DNA of 64,000 bases from Mobula hypostoma (lineage: Eukaryota), in the NCBI RefSeq assembly GCF_963921235.1, contig NC_086097.1:205532001-205596000 (forward strand), given 5' to 3'. Position 1 is the first letter of the stretch, and every line of letters begins with the position of its first letter. Positions 63,617 to 64,000 of this stretch are shown here, one piece after another. The position numbers and the translations under genes are program-made. The notes under the pieces were generated by a model. That model saw only the letters and a list, made by a program, of their open reading frames with translations. It was not told the origin of the DNA and searched no databases.

Positions 63617-63746
63617 CTCCCTTGTTGATTGCTTGACAAAAGTGAAGCATCCTTTGAATGCCTATCTCCCGGATAGCTGAATTCCACAGAACGTTTGTTG
63701 CGGAACCGTTGTGAAAGTGCATTAAAATGTCCTCTTGTTCTACAAT
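63617..63746 (-). CDS. PXDNL: Peroxidasin-family (PXDNL-like) coding exon, equivalent to human exon 20: (D)CRTRGHFNALSQRFRNKRSVEFSYPGDRHSKDASLLSSNQQG(R)
   Basis: Acceptor tttttgcacag, donor GAG|gtatga, 130 nt, phase 1 in and phase 2 out. The translation resembles the peroxidasin post-peroxidase segment DCRTRGQFN...RxxRS.EFSY. PXDNL versus PXDN is judged from recalled sequences. Confidence 0.9.
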
Positions 63747-64000
63747 CTGTGCAAAAAGATAATTTTAAAGCACACACACACACACGTGTTCATTCCTCCA
63801 TAAATAGAAGATTGTACGAGCTGCGCAATTTTACGTTTTTTTTTACTTTCAGTAATAACATATCTCTGCATTTATCTTTGATCTTTCTAAAAATTCTAAA
63901 TTATTCATTACTAGTGTTGTTCAAAGATCAGTTCACGCTGGTCTATTCCAAGTATATCTGTTTCATAATGAAGAAAATGTGAAATCAAATTGTAAAACAT

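Noticed and set aside
63617..63746. Second open frame through the exon (IVEQEDILMHF...)
   Set aside because: Incompatible phases and no homology. Chance at this length.
1..64000. Prokaryotic systems, CRISPR arrays, rRNA or tRNA genes
   Set aside because: None seen. The sequence is vertebrate intronic and intergenic DNA, and tRNA-like bits belong to SINE heads.

Overview
Vertebrate genomic DNA, most likely a cartilaginous fish (inferred from the repeat families). It is AT-rich and dominated by transposon remnants. The only host gene I can support is the 3' end of a peroxidasin-family gene on the minus strand, most like PXDNL. Its last four coding exons (63617-63746, 60465-60588, 44813-44926, 39915-40022) have GT/AG ends and compatible phases, and the ORF track recovers them only partly. 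They encode an RNKR|S proprotein-convertase site, a coiled-coil linker and a 10-Cys VWC domain. The rest is mostly CR1 LINEs, including one young, nearly intact ORF2 nested in an older CR1. There are also Rex1/Babar LINEs, Penelope-like fragments with minimal hammerhead motifs, a Hero-like RLE LINE end, three TG...CA solo-LTR-like inserts with 4-bp TSDs, a Tigger/pogo element, hAT MITEs and V-/Deu-type SINEs. The most notable mechanistic signal is in CR1: ORF1 ends in a U_UUA_AAC slippery heptamer followed directly by its stop, and ORF2 is in the -1 frame with no usable AUG. The same layout recurs in a second copy and, decayed, in a third, which suggests -1 ribosomal frameshifting. Repeat boundaries without TSD or TIR support are approximate, and family names come from motif recognition, not database searches.
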